Assembly (NCBI GenBank): GCA_963702895.1
Contig: OY969767.1
Span: forward strand, 1,100,866 to 1,164,865
Reading direction: 5' to 3'
DNA length: 64,000 nucleotides
Origin: an uncultured Elusimicrobia bacterium
GTDB lineage: Bacteria > Elusimicrobiota > Elusimicrobia > 2-01-FULL-59-12
This document shows positions 26,754-35,277 of this stretch, piece after piece. The first letter of the stretch is position 1; each line of letters starts with the position of its first letter. Position numbers and translations under genes: made by a program. The notes beneath the pieces were generated by a model. It searched no databases and was not told where the DNA came from. It saw nothing but the letters and a program-made list of their open reading frames with translations.

Positions 26754-27096
26754 TGAGATCGAACCCGGAGAGGACGATGGCCGAATCTGGGCCTCCCATC
26801 GATTCTGAACGGACCAACTGGAGGGCCTTTTGCTCGTCCGTAGGACCCTCAAAAGCCGCTTCCGGAGCGATGTTCTCTTGCCGTATAAGATAAAACACAG
26901 CGAGCGCGGCGGCAAGGCTGATCGCGAGGGTCATTCGCCCCATCCAGCGCCACTGCCACCACCCAAGAGAGCCGCGGCGGCTTTCCTCTTCTTCAAGATG
27001 GGTCAGGACCCTCGTCCATAAGTACGGAGGCGCCTTTTCCGCTTGCGGCGGAAACGCCTTGTTTTTGACCTTCAGCCACTCCTGTTCAGTCATCAT
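26746..27096 (-). CDS. Putative anti-sigma factor (single TM)
   Basis: Start overlaps the sigma gene stop (ATGA at 27093-27096). One TM segment, MTLAISLAAALAVFYLI. The call rests on position. Confidence 0.5.
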   Translation of the reverse strand: MMTEQEWLKVKNKAFPPQAEKAPPYLWTRVLTHLEEEESRRGSLGWWQWRWMGRMTLAISLAAALAVFYLIRQENIAPEAAFEGPTDEQKALQLVRSESMGGPDSAIVLSGFDLNG

Positions 27097-27704
27097 CGGT
27101 TTTCTCTCTTCCTTACGACGAGATCCAGATCGATAACGTTCCCATACAGTTGATCATAGGCCTTTTTGAGGGCTTCCCTTGCGCGGTTTAAGCGCGACTT
27201 CACGGTGTTCACCGGGCAGTCCATGATTTGCGCGATTTCCTCATAGGAACGGCCGTCCAGTTCCCGAAGCGTCAGAATCAGCCGTTCAGAAGGCGCCAGC
27301 GCGCCCAGCAGCGCTTGCGATTCGGAGCGCTCCGCCAGCATTAGATCCGGGTGATCGGTGAAAGGGGCTTTGAGCGTATCTTGAAATCGGGTTTCGGAGT
27401 CCTCGCAGAGCGGCTGATCCAAAGAGGTGTGATCATAACGTTTTTTTCGCAGGTGATCCAGACAGTGGTTGGAGGCAATGCGATAGAGCCATGTATAGAA
27501 AGCGGACTGAGATCCAAACGTTTCCAAGGCGAAGTACGCCTTGACGAAGATCTCCTGGAGAAGATCTTCAGCCGTCTGGCGCTGCGTGACCATGGACAGG
27601 ACAAGGCCAAAGAGCCTGTCTTGGTAGGTTTCGACCAGATGGCGGAACGCCTCCTTGTCGCCCTGACGGGCGCGTTGGACAGAAACGCTCTCCTCCAGCC
27701 TCAT
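27093..27704 (-). CDS. ECF (sigma-24/RpoE-type) RNA polymerase sigma factor
   Basis: Region 2 (DLLQEIFVKAYFAL, FYTWLYRIASNHCLDHLRKK) and region 4 (GRSYEEIAQIMDCPVNTVKSRLNRAREAL). Confidence 0.9.
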   Translation of the reverse strand: MRLEESVSVQRARQGDKEAFRHLVETYQDRLFGLVLSMVTQRQTAEDLLQEIFVKAYFALETFGSQSAFYTWLYRIASNHCLDHLRKKRYDHTSLDQPLCEDSETRFQDTLKAPFTDHPDLMLAERSESQALLGALAPSERLILTLRELDGRSYEEIAQIMDCPVNTVKSRLNRAREALKKAYDQLYGNVIDLDLVVRKRENR

Positions 27705-28246
27705 AGGGGCGGCGTGACGCGAGGGATTTCGGAGTTCGGCGGAGCGGCTTCCTCTTTATTGTCTAATTCAATAAATTTCCCGTTCTCGTAAGCGTACGTC
27801 GTTTCGCCCGCCGGGCTCCCCAGGATCATCAGAACATCTTTGCTGACGAGTTTCTCGAGGGCGTCAGGCCCCGTTTCGGGAACGGCCTTCTTCTGTGCCC
27901 AGAGATAGGTCGAGGGGTCCAGTCCCATGGACAAAACGATATGTTCTGCGTAGGTGCCGATATGCTGGAGAAAAATAATGACAATCTGCTCTTCCTGGCC
28001 CATGGCCGTCAGGGCAATCTGAATGGCGTAGTCGCGTTTGCCGTTGCGGTCAAAATCCCCATAGGTGAGGGAGGGCAAGCGGTGGGTCTTTTTCTGGTTG
28101 AACTCCTTTTGGACCGCGGCATTCACCGGGGCGAGTATCCAGCCTGGGTACTCATGATCCAACGTGGTCTTGATTTCAGCCGGCAGAGCGATGGGAACGG
28201 TGGGTGTGACAGCCGCGACATGGGTCCACAAGATCAACAGCCACAT
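27701..28246 (-). CDS. Secreted hypothetical protein, first gene of the ECF operon
   Basis: Signal-like MWLLILWTHVAAV. FG-GAP-like GDFDRNGKRDYAI. Its stop overlaps the sigma start. Confidence 0.55.
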   Translation of the reverse strand: MWLLILWTHVAAVTPTVPIALPAEIKTTLDHEYPGWILAPVNAAVQKEFNQKKTHRLPSLTYGDFDRNGKRDYAIQIALTAMGQEEQIVIIFLQHIGTYAEHIVLSMGLDPSTYLWAQKKAVPETGPDALEKLVSKDVLMILGSPAGETTYAYENGKFIELDNKEEAAPPNSEIPRVTPPL

Positions 28247-28273
28247 GCACGAATTATACGAGAGTTGAAGGGT

Positions 28274-28624
28274 CTAATTCAGGGCCACTTCTCTTCGGAA
28301 GGCCAGTGCATGGACGGCGTATTTGAACATTCGAAGTTCTTCACCATAGAGAGAAAGCCCGGCTTGAATCAACGTGCCGTCGACCGAACAGAAGGTGAGC
28401 GTGAGCTGTTCATAATCTCCGTAGACCGAAAGACTTCCGTCTCGGATGGTCCAAAGACAGGCGGGCCTTGAAAAACTGCGAGCGAGGTTTCGGAGGGACT
28501 CGAAGGACATCCCGACTTTAAAGTGGACAGCATCCTCACCGTCGGATGAGAGGTAGTTCAGCGTTGCCCCCAGCATCGTTTCCTCAAACCAGAGCCCTGA
28601 GGCGATCGTAATGGTTACGTTCAA
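28274..28624 (-). CDS. Hypothetical protein (116 aa)
   Basis: TTG start preceded by AAAGAGGAGGGGG at proper spacing. No motif recognised. Confidence 0.55.
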   Translation of the reverse strand: MNVTITIASGLWFEETMLGATLNYLSSDGEDAVHFKVGMSFESLRNLARSFSRPACLWTIRDGSLSVYGDYEQLTLTFCSVDGTLIQAGLSLYGEELRMFKYAVHALAFRREVALN

Positions 28625-28875
28625 ATCGTTCCCCCTCCTCTTTAAACTCTCTTACCTTGATGGGCAGGATTTGGCAAGACCTTCCAACACCTGCAAACTT
28701 GTCCTAAGAGAGGCACGATTGATGTCGATCCGAACAGAAATAGGTTGATTTCTAGACAATAATCACAACGTGGACTTGAAGAGGTGTGAAGCCCTGCTGG
28801 CGGTTGCGAATCGTCGAAGCGCGCGAAGGTCATGGCTCTGGTGACCATGGTTTTCAGGACTGTTGGATTTGAGCT

Positions 28876-29253
28876 TCAGAAGACTCGAACGGGGGCTGAG
28901 AGCAACCGCTGGACGTTCCTGACGAGATCGATGGGCTCAAAAGGTTTGTCCATATAAAGGCGGACATTCGGCACAAGCTCCATCATGGGTCTTGCTGCGC
29001 CCATGGCGGTGAGAATGAGGACCGGAATCATTCGCATGGCGGGATCCTGAAAGAGGATGCCACTGGCCGTGATCCCATCGACCTCCGGCATCATGAGGTC
29101 AAGAATGATCAGGTCCGGCTTCTCCTGCCTGGCAAGGATCAGACCTTCCTTGCCGTCATAGGCAACATGGGTCTCATGACCGTCTTTCCCCAGAAGATGC
29201 TGAAGAAGGGTCACGATACTTTTATCGTCATCGACAACGAGGACCTTTGCCAT
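28876..29253 (-). CDS. Stand-alone response-regulator receiver (CheY-like)
   Basis: MAKVLVVDDD...DLIILDLMMPEVDG...LTA...K pattern. No output domain. Confidence 0.85.
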   Translation of the reverse strand: MAKVLVVDDDKSIVTLLQHLLGKDGHETHVAYDGKEGLILARQEKPDLIILDLMMPEVDGITASGILFQDPAMRMIPVLILTAMGAARPMMELVPNVRLYMDKPFEPIDLVRNVQRLLSAPVRVF

Positions 29254-29326
29254 ACGTACAAAAGTAGGGCACAAACTGCCAGATTTCAAGGGCTAATTCA
29301 GCCCTTGGGGGTGCCGGGCGAGAGGC

Positions 29327-32300
29327 TTATTTCCGGAGGTAGATCAGCTTAAAAATGGCTTTTTCGCCCAGCGCGCGCGAAATGGCTTCCGTGTAAGCTT
29401 GAGCCTGCAGAGCGTAGGGGTCGGATTCGACGGCCGAACGACCGACGTTTTGGGTCGTTTTGTAGTCCCCCACCACGAGCTGCCCGGATGGGAGGCGGTA
29501 GAGGATATCGAGGGTGCCCCGCATCAGCTGACGTATCGGCGTATCGGCGTGCCGGCGTACCGGAGTAACGTCGTTACCCCGATACTCCGATACCCCGATA
29601 CTCCGATCCTGTTCACTATCATAGAAGAACGGCACCTCCCTCCCTAAAATCTCCGATCCTTTGATCTCCTCGTAGTCCTTCGATCGCATAAAGTCGGCCA
29701 AGAGGCGCTGGGCCTCCTCCACGACGGCGATGATTTCGGGAGGGTTGCTGGTTTTCCGGCCCAGCTTCAGCTCAGGAAAAGGTTCCAACAGGAGGCCTTC
29801 TTGAGCGAAAGAGGTGTTCGCGACTCGGCGTAAGGCCGTTGGCATCGTCTCTTTTTCAGCTTGAAAGTCCCAGGTTTCGAGGAATTGATGGACGAGCGTG
29901 CCCAGCCGTGCGGGATCGATACGGCGAAGCGGAGAATCGGCGAAGCGGCGAGTGGACCACTTCTCTGGCTCGCCGGCTCGCCGGCTCGCCGGCTCAGTCC
30001 ATTGTGTGGGGCTCATCACCCGTAACGTCTTCATCGCTTGTTCATAAGTTTCGGACTGCTCCTGCCACCGCGCGGCGAGTTCGACTGGCTTAATCGCGGC
30101 CAGCCAGGCTGGCTTCGTTGAGTCGGGCGCAGGCAAGGGCGCCTCCTTCGAAGTGATCGTGTGGGCCGTGAGGGTGCTTTCGCCCATACGGATGAGGCCA
30201 TCCCCCAGTTCATCCAGATTGAGTTTCCAGGCACTCGCAAGCTGGTTGAGGAAACTGTCTTTCGCAGGTCGCTTCAAGTGGATGCCTCCGGACAAAATGA
30301 GCCGCTCTTTGGCGCGGGTCATGGCCACATAGAGGATGCGCAAGTCTTCGGCCGCCTCCCGGACCTTGGCGTCTTCCTCCAGCGCCGCGCAGTCGAGGCT
30401 TTCCACATCCTTGTCCAGCGCGATGCCGAGGCGTCCCGTCGCCCAATCGTAATGCACGCGGAGATTATCCTTCCGCCTGTTTCCGCCCTTGCCTCGGTGC
30501 AGACCGGGGAGCCAGACCACAGGAAACTCCAATCCTTTTGCTTTATGCACGGTCAGGAGCCGCACGGCATCATAGGTTTCGTCTGCAAGAGGATACTCCC
30601 CTTCCAACCGGTCGTTTTCCATAAAGCGGTCGATCTTTCCTAACAGACCGCCCAACGTGGTTTCACCTTCCTCCGCAAAGGATTCCATCAGGCGCTTGAG
30701 CTTGAGCAGGTTCGCCATTGTCTGGTCTTGGTGATAGGAACGGGCCGCGAGTTCCATGAGATAGGTGTCTTCATAGACATGGTTCAAAATGGATTTCAGG
30801 GGCTCACGCTGGGCCCTTCTCTGCAAGTTGTTGATCAACTGGAACGTTTTTGCGGCGTGCTGGTCCTCCGGGGGCGCTCTCCATCCGGCCTCTTTGATCG
30901 CTGTGAGCTCAGGGTCTGTAAAGCCCCCCAGCGGCGATCGCAAGAATCCCGCTAAGGCCAGGTGATGGGAAGGGTCCTCGGTCACACGGAGGAGGTTGAG
31001 AACATCGGTCACCTCGGGTGTGCGATAGAAGTAGCGTTCGGCCTCGACCACAAAGGGAATATGGCGCCGGCGAAGCTCCTCGATAAAAGGCAGCATCGCG
31101 GTGGTGGCGCGGAAGATGAGCGCGATGTCCTTAAACCGAAGGCCGTCCGACGTGCGACGTCCGAGGTCCATATCACTTAGGTTTGTACGTGCCTCTTTGA
31201 CGTCGGACGTAGGACGTCGGACGCGGGAATCGATCCACGCCGCGGCGTCCGCCGCTTCTTGTTCGAGAGCTTCCTCGGAGGTTTGTGGTTCGCCGGAAAC
31301 GGCCAGTCGTAATTCCACATCCTGGTGCTCGCTCTCTTTGGCCCGCCGGGGGACGAGGGCTTGATAGGCGGGTGAGATCGGATGCTGTTCCTTCATGAGC
31401 GACGAGAACGTGGTGTTGATCGTGTGGATGATCTGGTCGTGGGAGCGATAACTGTCTTCAAGACTGAGGCGCTGGCCGCCTTGCGCGAGCACCATCTCCG
31501 TGATGCGCTGGTAGGCCGCAATGTCAGCGCCGCGAAAACGGTAGATCGATTGCTTCGGATCACCCACAAGGAAGAGTTTCCCGGGTTCGAGCTTCACTTG
31601 GTCCCAGCGTTTGGCCTGGGTGCCGAGCTGCTCCGAGAGAAAGACCAGGAGCTCGCCCTGAAGCGGGTCGGTGTCCTGGAATTCGTCGACGAAAATCTGC
31701 CGGATCTTGTTCTTTAAAGTCTCCCTGACATGCGCCTCACGCGCCACCAGCTCACGGGCAAGCACGAGGAGCGCGTCATTCGAAAGATGTCCCTCTGCCA
31801 AAATCTTGGCGCGGAAACGCGCGACAAATGGCTTAAGCAATTGGGTCAGGTCGCGAAGCTTGACGTTTTCTTCTGCGCCCTGAAGCGGCAGGCGATCCAA
31901 GGGCACATCAAATTCACACAGGCGCCGCGCGAGTTCTCTGATTTTCCCAAGGGAAACCGTCTGCAAGACGTTGAGCCAATCACTTGCTCGAGGCTCGAGG
32001 CGATGGGCTCCTGACGAATGTGGGGTGTGCTGGCCTGGGGCATGGAGCCTGGAGCTGTCTCGGATTCTGGGGCCTGTGCCCTGGAGTTCGTGCCTCAACC
32101 AGGCAGGCCATTCTTTTTCAAAGAGATCATCGGCCCGTACGCCCTTGTCATCGACTTCCGCGGCGGGACTGATGCCTGCGGCGATGGGAAAACGTTTCAA
32201 CAGGCTGAAGGCGTAAGAATGGATCGTTCCAATCGCGGCGCGGTCGATGGCCTCCAGCGCCTCGCGCGCGCGGGATTTCCGATCGTCCGAGGCATCGCGC

Positions 32301-32494
32301 TCCAGGGTGTTGTGAAGTTCCGCCGCGATGCGCTCTTTCATCTCGCCCGCCGCTTTCTTCGTGAAGGTCAGCGCGACCAGCGTCTCCATCGGCAGGTTTT
32401 TCTGGAACAGAGCCTCTAAAATAGCCTGGACGAGCGTGTGGGTCTTCCCTGTGCCAGCGCTGGCTTCGATGACGATGTTACGGGAGAGATTCAT
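29327..32494 (-). CDS. addA: UvrD-family helicase with a C-terminal PD-(D/E)XK nuclease (AddA-type)
   Basis: Walker A IEASAGTGKTHTL, helicase motifs (FVDEFQDTD, LVGDPKQSIYRFRGA, TVHKAKGLEF) and nuclease RGTLDILY...VVGDYKT. ATG at 32494; the 116-codon extension was rejected. Confidence 0.85.
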   Translation of the reverse strand: MNLSRNIVIEASAGTGKTHTLVQAILEALFQKNLPMETLVALTFTKKAAGEMKERIAAELHNTLERDASDDRKSRAREALEAIDRAAIGTIHSYAFSLLKRFPIAAGISPAAEVDDKGVRADDLFEKEWPAWLRHELQGTGPRIRDSSRLHAPGQHTPHSSGAHRLEPRASDWLNVLQTVSLGKIRELARRLCEFDVPLDRLPLQGAEENVKLRDLTQLLKPFVARFRAKILAEGHLSNDALLVLARELVAREAHVRETLKNKIRQIFVDEFQDTDPLQGELLVFLSEQLGTQAKRWDQVKLEPGKLFLVGDPKQSIYRFRGADIAAYQRITEMVLAQGGQRLSLEDSYRSHDQIIHTINTTFSSLMKEQHPISPAYQALVPRRAKESEHQDVELRLAVSGEPQTSEEALEQEAADAAAWIDSRVRRPTSDVKEARTNLSDMDLGRRTSDGLRFKDIALIFRATTAMLPFIEELRRRHIPFVVEAERYFYRTPEVTDVLNLLRVTEDPSHHLALAGFLRSPLGGFTDPELTAIKEAGWRAPPEDQHAAKTFQLINNLQRRAQREPLKSILNHVYEDTYLMELAARSYHQDQTMANLLKLKRLMESFAEEGETTLGGLLGKIDRFMENDRLEGEYPLADETYDAVRLLTVHKAKGLEFPVVWLPGLHRGKGGNRRKDNLRVHYDWATGRLGIALDKDVESLDCAALEEDAKVREAAEDLRILYVAMTRAKERLILSGGIHLKRPAKDSFLNQLASAWKLNLDELGDGLIRMGESTLTAHTITSKEAPLPAPDSTKPAWLAAIKPVELAARWQEQSETYEQAMKTLRVMSPTQWTEPASRRAGEPEKWSTRRFADSPLRRIDPARLGTLVHQFLETWDFQAEKETMPTALRRVANTSFAQEGLLLEPFPELKLGRKTSNPPEIIAVVEEAQRLLADFMRSKDYEEIKGSEILGREVPFFYDSEQDRSIGVSEYRGNDVTPVRRHADTPIRQLMRGTLDILYRLPSGQLVVGDYKTTQNVGRSAVESDPYALQAQAYTEAISRALGEKAIFKLIYLRK
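29532..29609. repeat. 8-nt-period hairpin element (CGTATCGG / CCGATACN class), in frame in addA (78 nt, 26 codons)
   Basis: cgtatcgg cgtatcgg cgtgccgg cgtaccgg agtaacg | tcgttac cccgatac tccgatac cccgatac tccgatcc. About 7 of 8 positions per unit are complementary between arms. Peptide is GVSEYRGNDVTPVRRHADTPIRQ. Confidence 0.85.
29923..29998. repeat. 8-nt-period hairpin element (GGCGARNN / GGCTCGCC class), in frame in addA
   Basis: ggcgaagc ggagaatc ggcgaagc ggcgagtg, loop gaccacttctct, then ggctcgcc x3 and ggctcagt. Peptide is SRRAGEPEKWSTRRFADSPLRR. Confidence 0.85.
31143..31226. repeat. 8-nt-period hairpin element (GTCCGACG / CGTCGGAC class), in frame in addA (84 nt, 28 codons)
   Basis: ccgtccgacgtgcgacgtccgaggtcc, a 31-nt loop, then cgtcggacgtaggacgtcggacgcgg. 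Peptide is VRRPTSDVKEARTNLSDMDLGRRTSDG. Confidence 0.8.
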
Positions 32495-32922
32495 AGTGAG
32501 GCGGCGCGCGGTTGAAAGAGAAATAAAGCATAAGTCTTGAGTGAAAGCCAGCGAAATCTCGTCCGCCCTTCTGGCGTGAGCGCCCCCCACGAGCCGTGAG
32601 AAGCAGGAAATCTTTAGGGGTAGGTTGTCTCCTCTTTCCCTGGAGCAGGCGCCTGCTCGCTCCAGCGAAATTTCCCCCTCCATGGCCCCAGTCCTGCATG
32701 GCCACGGAGGGTCAGCGTTTTGGCTTCGGGCAGCCTGCGGAACTCCCCGCCAGACGTCTTGGCGGGTCAAACAGTCCTCCGCCACTGGGTCTCTGGCGGA
32801 CGCCAACGTCGTAGTGGCGTCGGCTTGACTCGCCCTCGCCAAAACGCTTGAAATTTCGAGTCGCTCGTCAGGCTCCTGCTCCAGGGAAAGAGGCGCAACT
32901 CCATCTTGATAGCATTAACATC

Positions 32923-33113
32923 TCTTGTCGTGGGGGAGGGAGGCAGCGAACGACTCGCGGACGGCGGCCGGGTGGTGAGCGCGTCCAGCCGAGGATGGTT
33001 GAGCCTCGACCTTTGATGTACAGGAAGGAGGCGAGTTCCGCAGGCTGCGCGAACCACCCAGCCGGGGTGTCCGGGAGCGCCGGAGTGAGTCGCCTCCCTC
33101 CCCCACGGCAAGG
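32923..33113. repeat. 191-bp element bounded by 22-bp terminal inverted repeats (20/22 match): MITE-like element or structured RNA
   Basis: tcttgtcgtgggggagggaggc (32923-32944) versus gcctccctcccccacggcaagg (33092-33113). The core 15 nt are perfect. Internal helices include gggtggt/accaccc, cgagg/cctcg and ggaa/uucc. Confidence 0.6.
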
Positions 33114-33152
33114 ACTCCCGAAGCTTTCCTGCATCGCAAGTCGTGATAGCTG

Positions 33153-33181
33153 TTGACACCCCCGGGACGACCTGTTAGGCT
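33153..33181 (+). promoter_or_regulatory. Sigma-70-like promoter candidate for the moxR operon
   Basis: TTGACA (33153-33158), a 17-nt spacer, then TAGGCT (33176-33181). ATG 33190 lies only 8 nt downstream, so the transcript may be leaderless, or the true start is ATG 33223. Confidence 0.3.
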
Positions 33182-33189
33182 ACCGGTGC

Positions 33190-34152
33190 ATGAGCGCGTT
33201 CCCTATGGGCCAGCCCACCTTGATGAGCCATCCTCTCCGCGCACTCGAAGCGGAGATCGAGAAGGTCTTTGTGGGTAAGACGGAGGTCGTTCAGCGGGCC
33301 ATGGCCACTTTCCTTGCCGGGGGACATCTCCTGATTGAGGACGTCCCTGGCGTGGGAAAAACGACGCTGGCCCTCGGCCTCGCGAAGGCGGCCGGATGCA
33401 GTTTCCAACGGATTCAGTTTACCAGTGATCTGTTGCCCTCCGATATTCTGGGCGTTTCCGTCCTCGACTCGCGCACCCACGACTTTCACTTCAAGCAGGG
33501 CCCCCTCTTTCATCAGGTCGTCCTGGCGGACGAGCTTAATCGCGCGACCCCACGCACGCAAAGCGCTCTACTCGAGGCCATGAACGAAGGCCAGGTGACG
33601 GTCGACAACAATACCTACAGACTCCCGGACCCGTTTTTTGTCGTTGCGACGCAAAACCCGCATGAGCATCACGGCGCTTTTCCGTTGCCGGAGTCACAGC
33701 TCGACCGGTTTATGATGCGCTTGTCCATCGGCTACCCTGACACCCAAAGCGAAAAAAGCATCCTCAGCGAGCGGATGGATATGGACGCCGTGCGCAAGCT
33801 GGAACCGGCTTTGTCCGTACCGACACTTTTGACCTTAAGGGAACAGTCAGCCCAAATCCGCGTGGCTCCCCAGATCGATGACTATGTCCTGGCGCTCGTG
33901 CGCTCGACACGAAGTCTGCCTCGCGTCGAAGTCGGCGTGAGTCCTCGCGGGGCGCTTGCCCTGCGAAAAGCCTCTCAAGCGTACGCACTCATACAAGGCA
34001 GGGATTACGCGACCCCGGATGATGTGAAAGCCTTGGCGGTGGCCGTCTTGTCGCACCGTTTAATCTTCGCCGCGGACCAGCTCTCTTCGAACATGGAAGA
34101 GGCTGAGCGCACCATCGCGTCTCTCTTGCAGAGCGTGCCCGTTCCTCTCTAG
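33190..34152 (+). CDS. MoxR-like AAA+ ATPase
   Basis: GGHLLIEDVPGVGKTTLA (Walker A), VVLADELNRATPRTQSALLEAM (Walker B/sensor), VVATQNP. Confidence 0.9.
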   Translation: MSAFPMGQPTLMSHPLRALEAEIEKVFVGKTEVVQRAMATFLAGGHLLIEDVPGVGKTTLALGLAKAAGCSFQRIQFTSDLLPSDILGVSVLDSRTHDFHFKQGPLFHQVVLADELNRATPRTQSALLEAMNEGQVTVDNNTYRLPDPFFVVATQNPHEHHGAFPLPESQLDRFMMRLSIGYPDTQSEKSILSERMDMDAVRKLEPALSVPTLLTLREQSAQIRVAPQIDDYVLALVRSTRSLPRVEVGVSPRGALALRKASQAYALIQGRDYATPDDVKALAVAVLSHRLIFAADQLSSNMEEAERTIASLLQSVPVPL

Positions 34153-34188
34153 GTCACGAGACAAACCGAAGACGGGGCCACATACCGA

Positions 34189-35277
34189 TTGAGCCATTCC
34201 GACATGCCAGAACGGTTTCCCCAGACCCCTGTCCCCGTGCCCGCGACGTCCTTCGTCGTCGCCTTGCTTCATCTTGCCCGCGCGCCGTGGCGCTGGGCCC
34301 GCTGGATGCTCTACGCCCGCCCGATCCGATTTACACGCTTTGGTTGGTCCTACATTCTCTTTTCACTCGCTGTTGGCGCGGCCGCCATCAATACGGGAAA
34401 CAATCTGCTTTACCTGATGCTGGGTCTTTTGCTCGGGTTCATCATCCTCTCGGGGCTTTTATCCGACAGCTGTTTATGGGGTTTGGGCTGGGAGATACAC
34501 CCATCAGGCGATTTCTATGCCGGACAGCGCGCTGAGCTGGACCTGATGGCTCAGAAAAACGGATTCCCTGGTGTCCTCGTTCAAATGGATTTGAATTGGG
34601 ACCCTGAGGCGACGTCGCGCGCGCTTTTGCCCTATATTGCTCGTCGGGGACGGGCCTTCCAACGACTGGCCTTCGTCCCCCGGAGTCGAGGCATGTTGAA
34701 CCTGAAGGGCATTCGCCTCTCGACGCGTTTTCCGTTTGGCTTGTTTGAAAAATCACATTCGTTCCCCACCCAGAAATCCTGGGTTGTTTATCCTTCTGTA
34801 CAGATGCTCTCGAGGGACATTCTCCGGTCCTCCGGTGTCCTGCAGGCTGACCAGCCGGCGGGAAGGAGGGGACAGGGATCCATACCCTTGGACCTACGGG
34901 AATTTCAAATGGGAGATCCGGGCAAACGAATTCACTGGAAATCGAGCGCCAAAAGAGGGCGGTGGATGGTCTCTGAAATGGAAGAGGAAAGCAACTCCAC
35001 ACGCTGGCTCCATGTCCGGGACTGGCCCCAGGGCGGCGAACTCGAGGACTTTATCTCCTTTGTCGCTTCTTTGCTCTATACGATGCATGCCAACGACGTG
35101 GCGATGGGTTTGAGCGCGCCGGGTGCCGTGTTTCACCCGGAGATCTCACGCGCCCATCTTAAGAATATGCTCACGTATTTGGCACTGGTGGATCCCCTCA
35201 GAGAAGCGACAGTCCCGGACCGGGGCCCCAGAGGGGGCGGACTGGATGCCCTCGCTTTATGGAGGCATCTGCGGTGA
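34189..35277 (+). CDS. DUF58 (vWA-like) domain protein with N-terminal TM segments
   Basis: DLREFQMGDPGKRIHWKSSAKRGRWMVSEMEEE is the DUF58 hallmark. It occupies the classical position after moxR. Confidence 0.8.
   Translation: MSHSDMPERFPQTPVPVPATSFVVALLHLARAPWRWARWMLYARPIRFTRFGWSYILFSLAVGAAAINTGNNLLYLMLGLLLGFIILSGLLSDSCLWGLGWEIHPSGDFYAGQRAELDLMAQKNGFPGVLVQMDLNWDPEATSRALLPYIARRGRAFQRLAFVPRSRGMLNLKGIRLSTRFPFGLFEKSHSFPTQKSWVVYPSVQMLSRDILRSSGVLQADQPAGRRGQGSIPLDLREFQMGDPGKRIHWKSSAKRGRWMVSEMEEESNSTRWLHVRDWPQGGELEDFISFVASLLYTMHANDVAMGLSAPGAVFHPEISRAHLKNMLTYLALVDPLREATVPDRGPRGGGLDALALWRHLR

Noticed and set aside
28642-28848. 68-aa ORF between the receiver gene and the 28274 gene
   Set aside because: It has no SD, no motif and an odd composition. 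It lies in what is more simply an intergenic or leader region.
29286-29306. Hairpin caagggc-taattca-gcccttg between addA and the receiver gene as a terminator
   Set aside because: No U-tract follows on either strand. It may be structural, but it cannot be called a terminator.
32495-32842. Long N-terminal extensions of track ORFs: addA 32495-32842, addB 40193-40612, dxs 51607-51738, holA 45725-45985, M16 12242-12556, AbiEii 16070-16381, deaminase 62224-62388, rarA, ymdB
   Set aside because: The extensions overlap upstream genes or run through stop-free REP or 8-mer repeats. They lack homology to the family N-termini. Internal ATGs give canonical N-termini, usually with tight coupling to the preceding stop.
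32930-33106. The 178-nt closed stem-loop region as SRP RNA or 6S RNA
   Set aside because: An AGGAAGGAGGC stretch only loosely resembles the SRP domain IV strand, and no GNAR-capped symmetric or asymmetric loop pattern was found. The central-bubble architecture of 6S is not evident. I retain it only as an unknown MITE-like or structured element.
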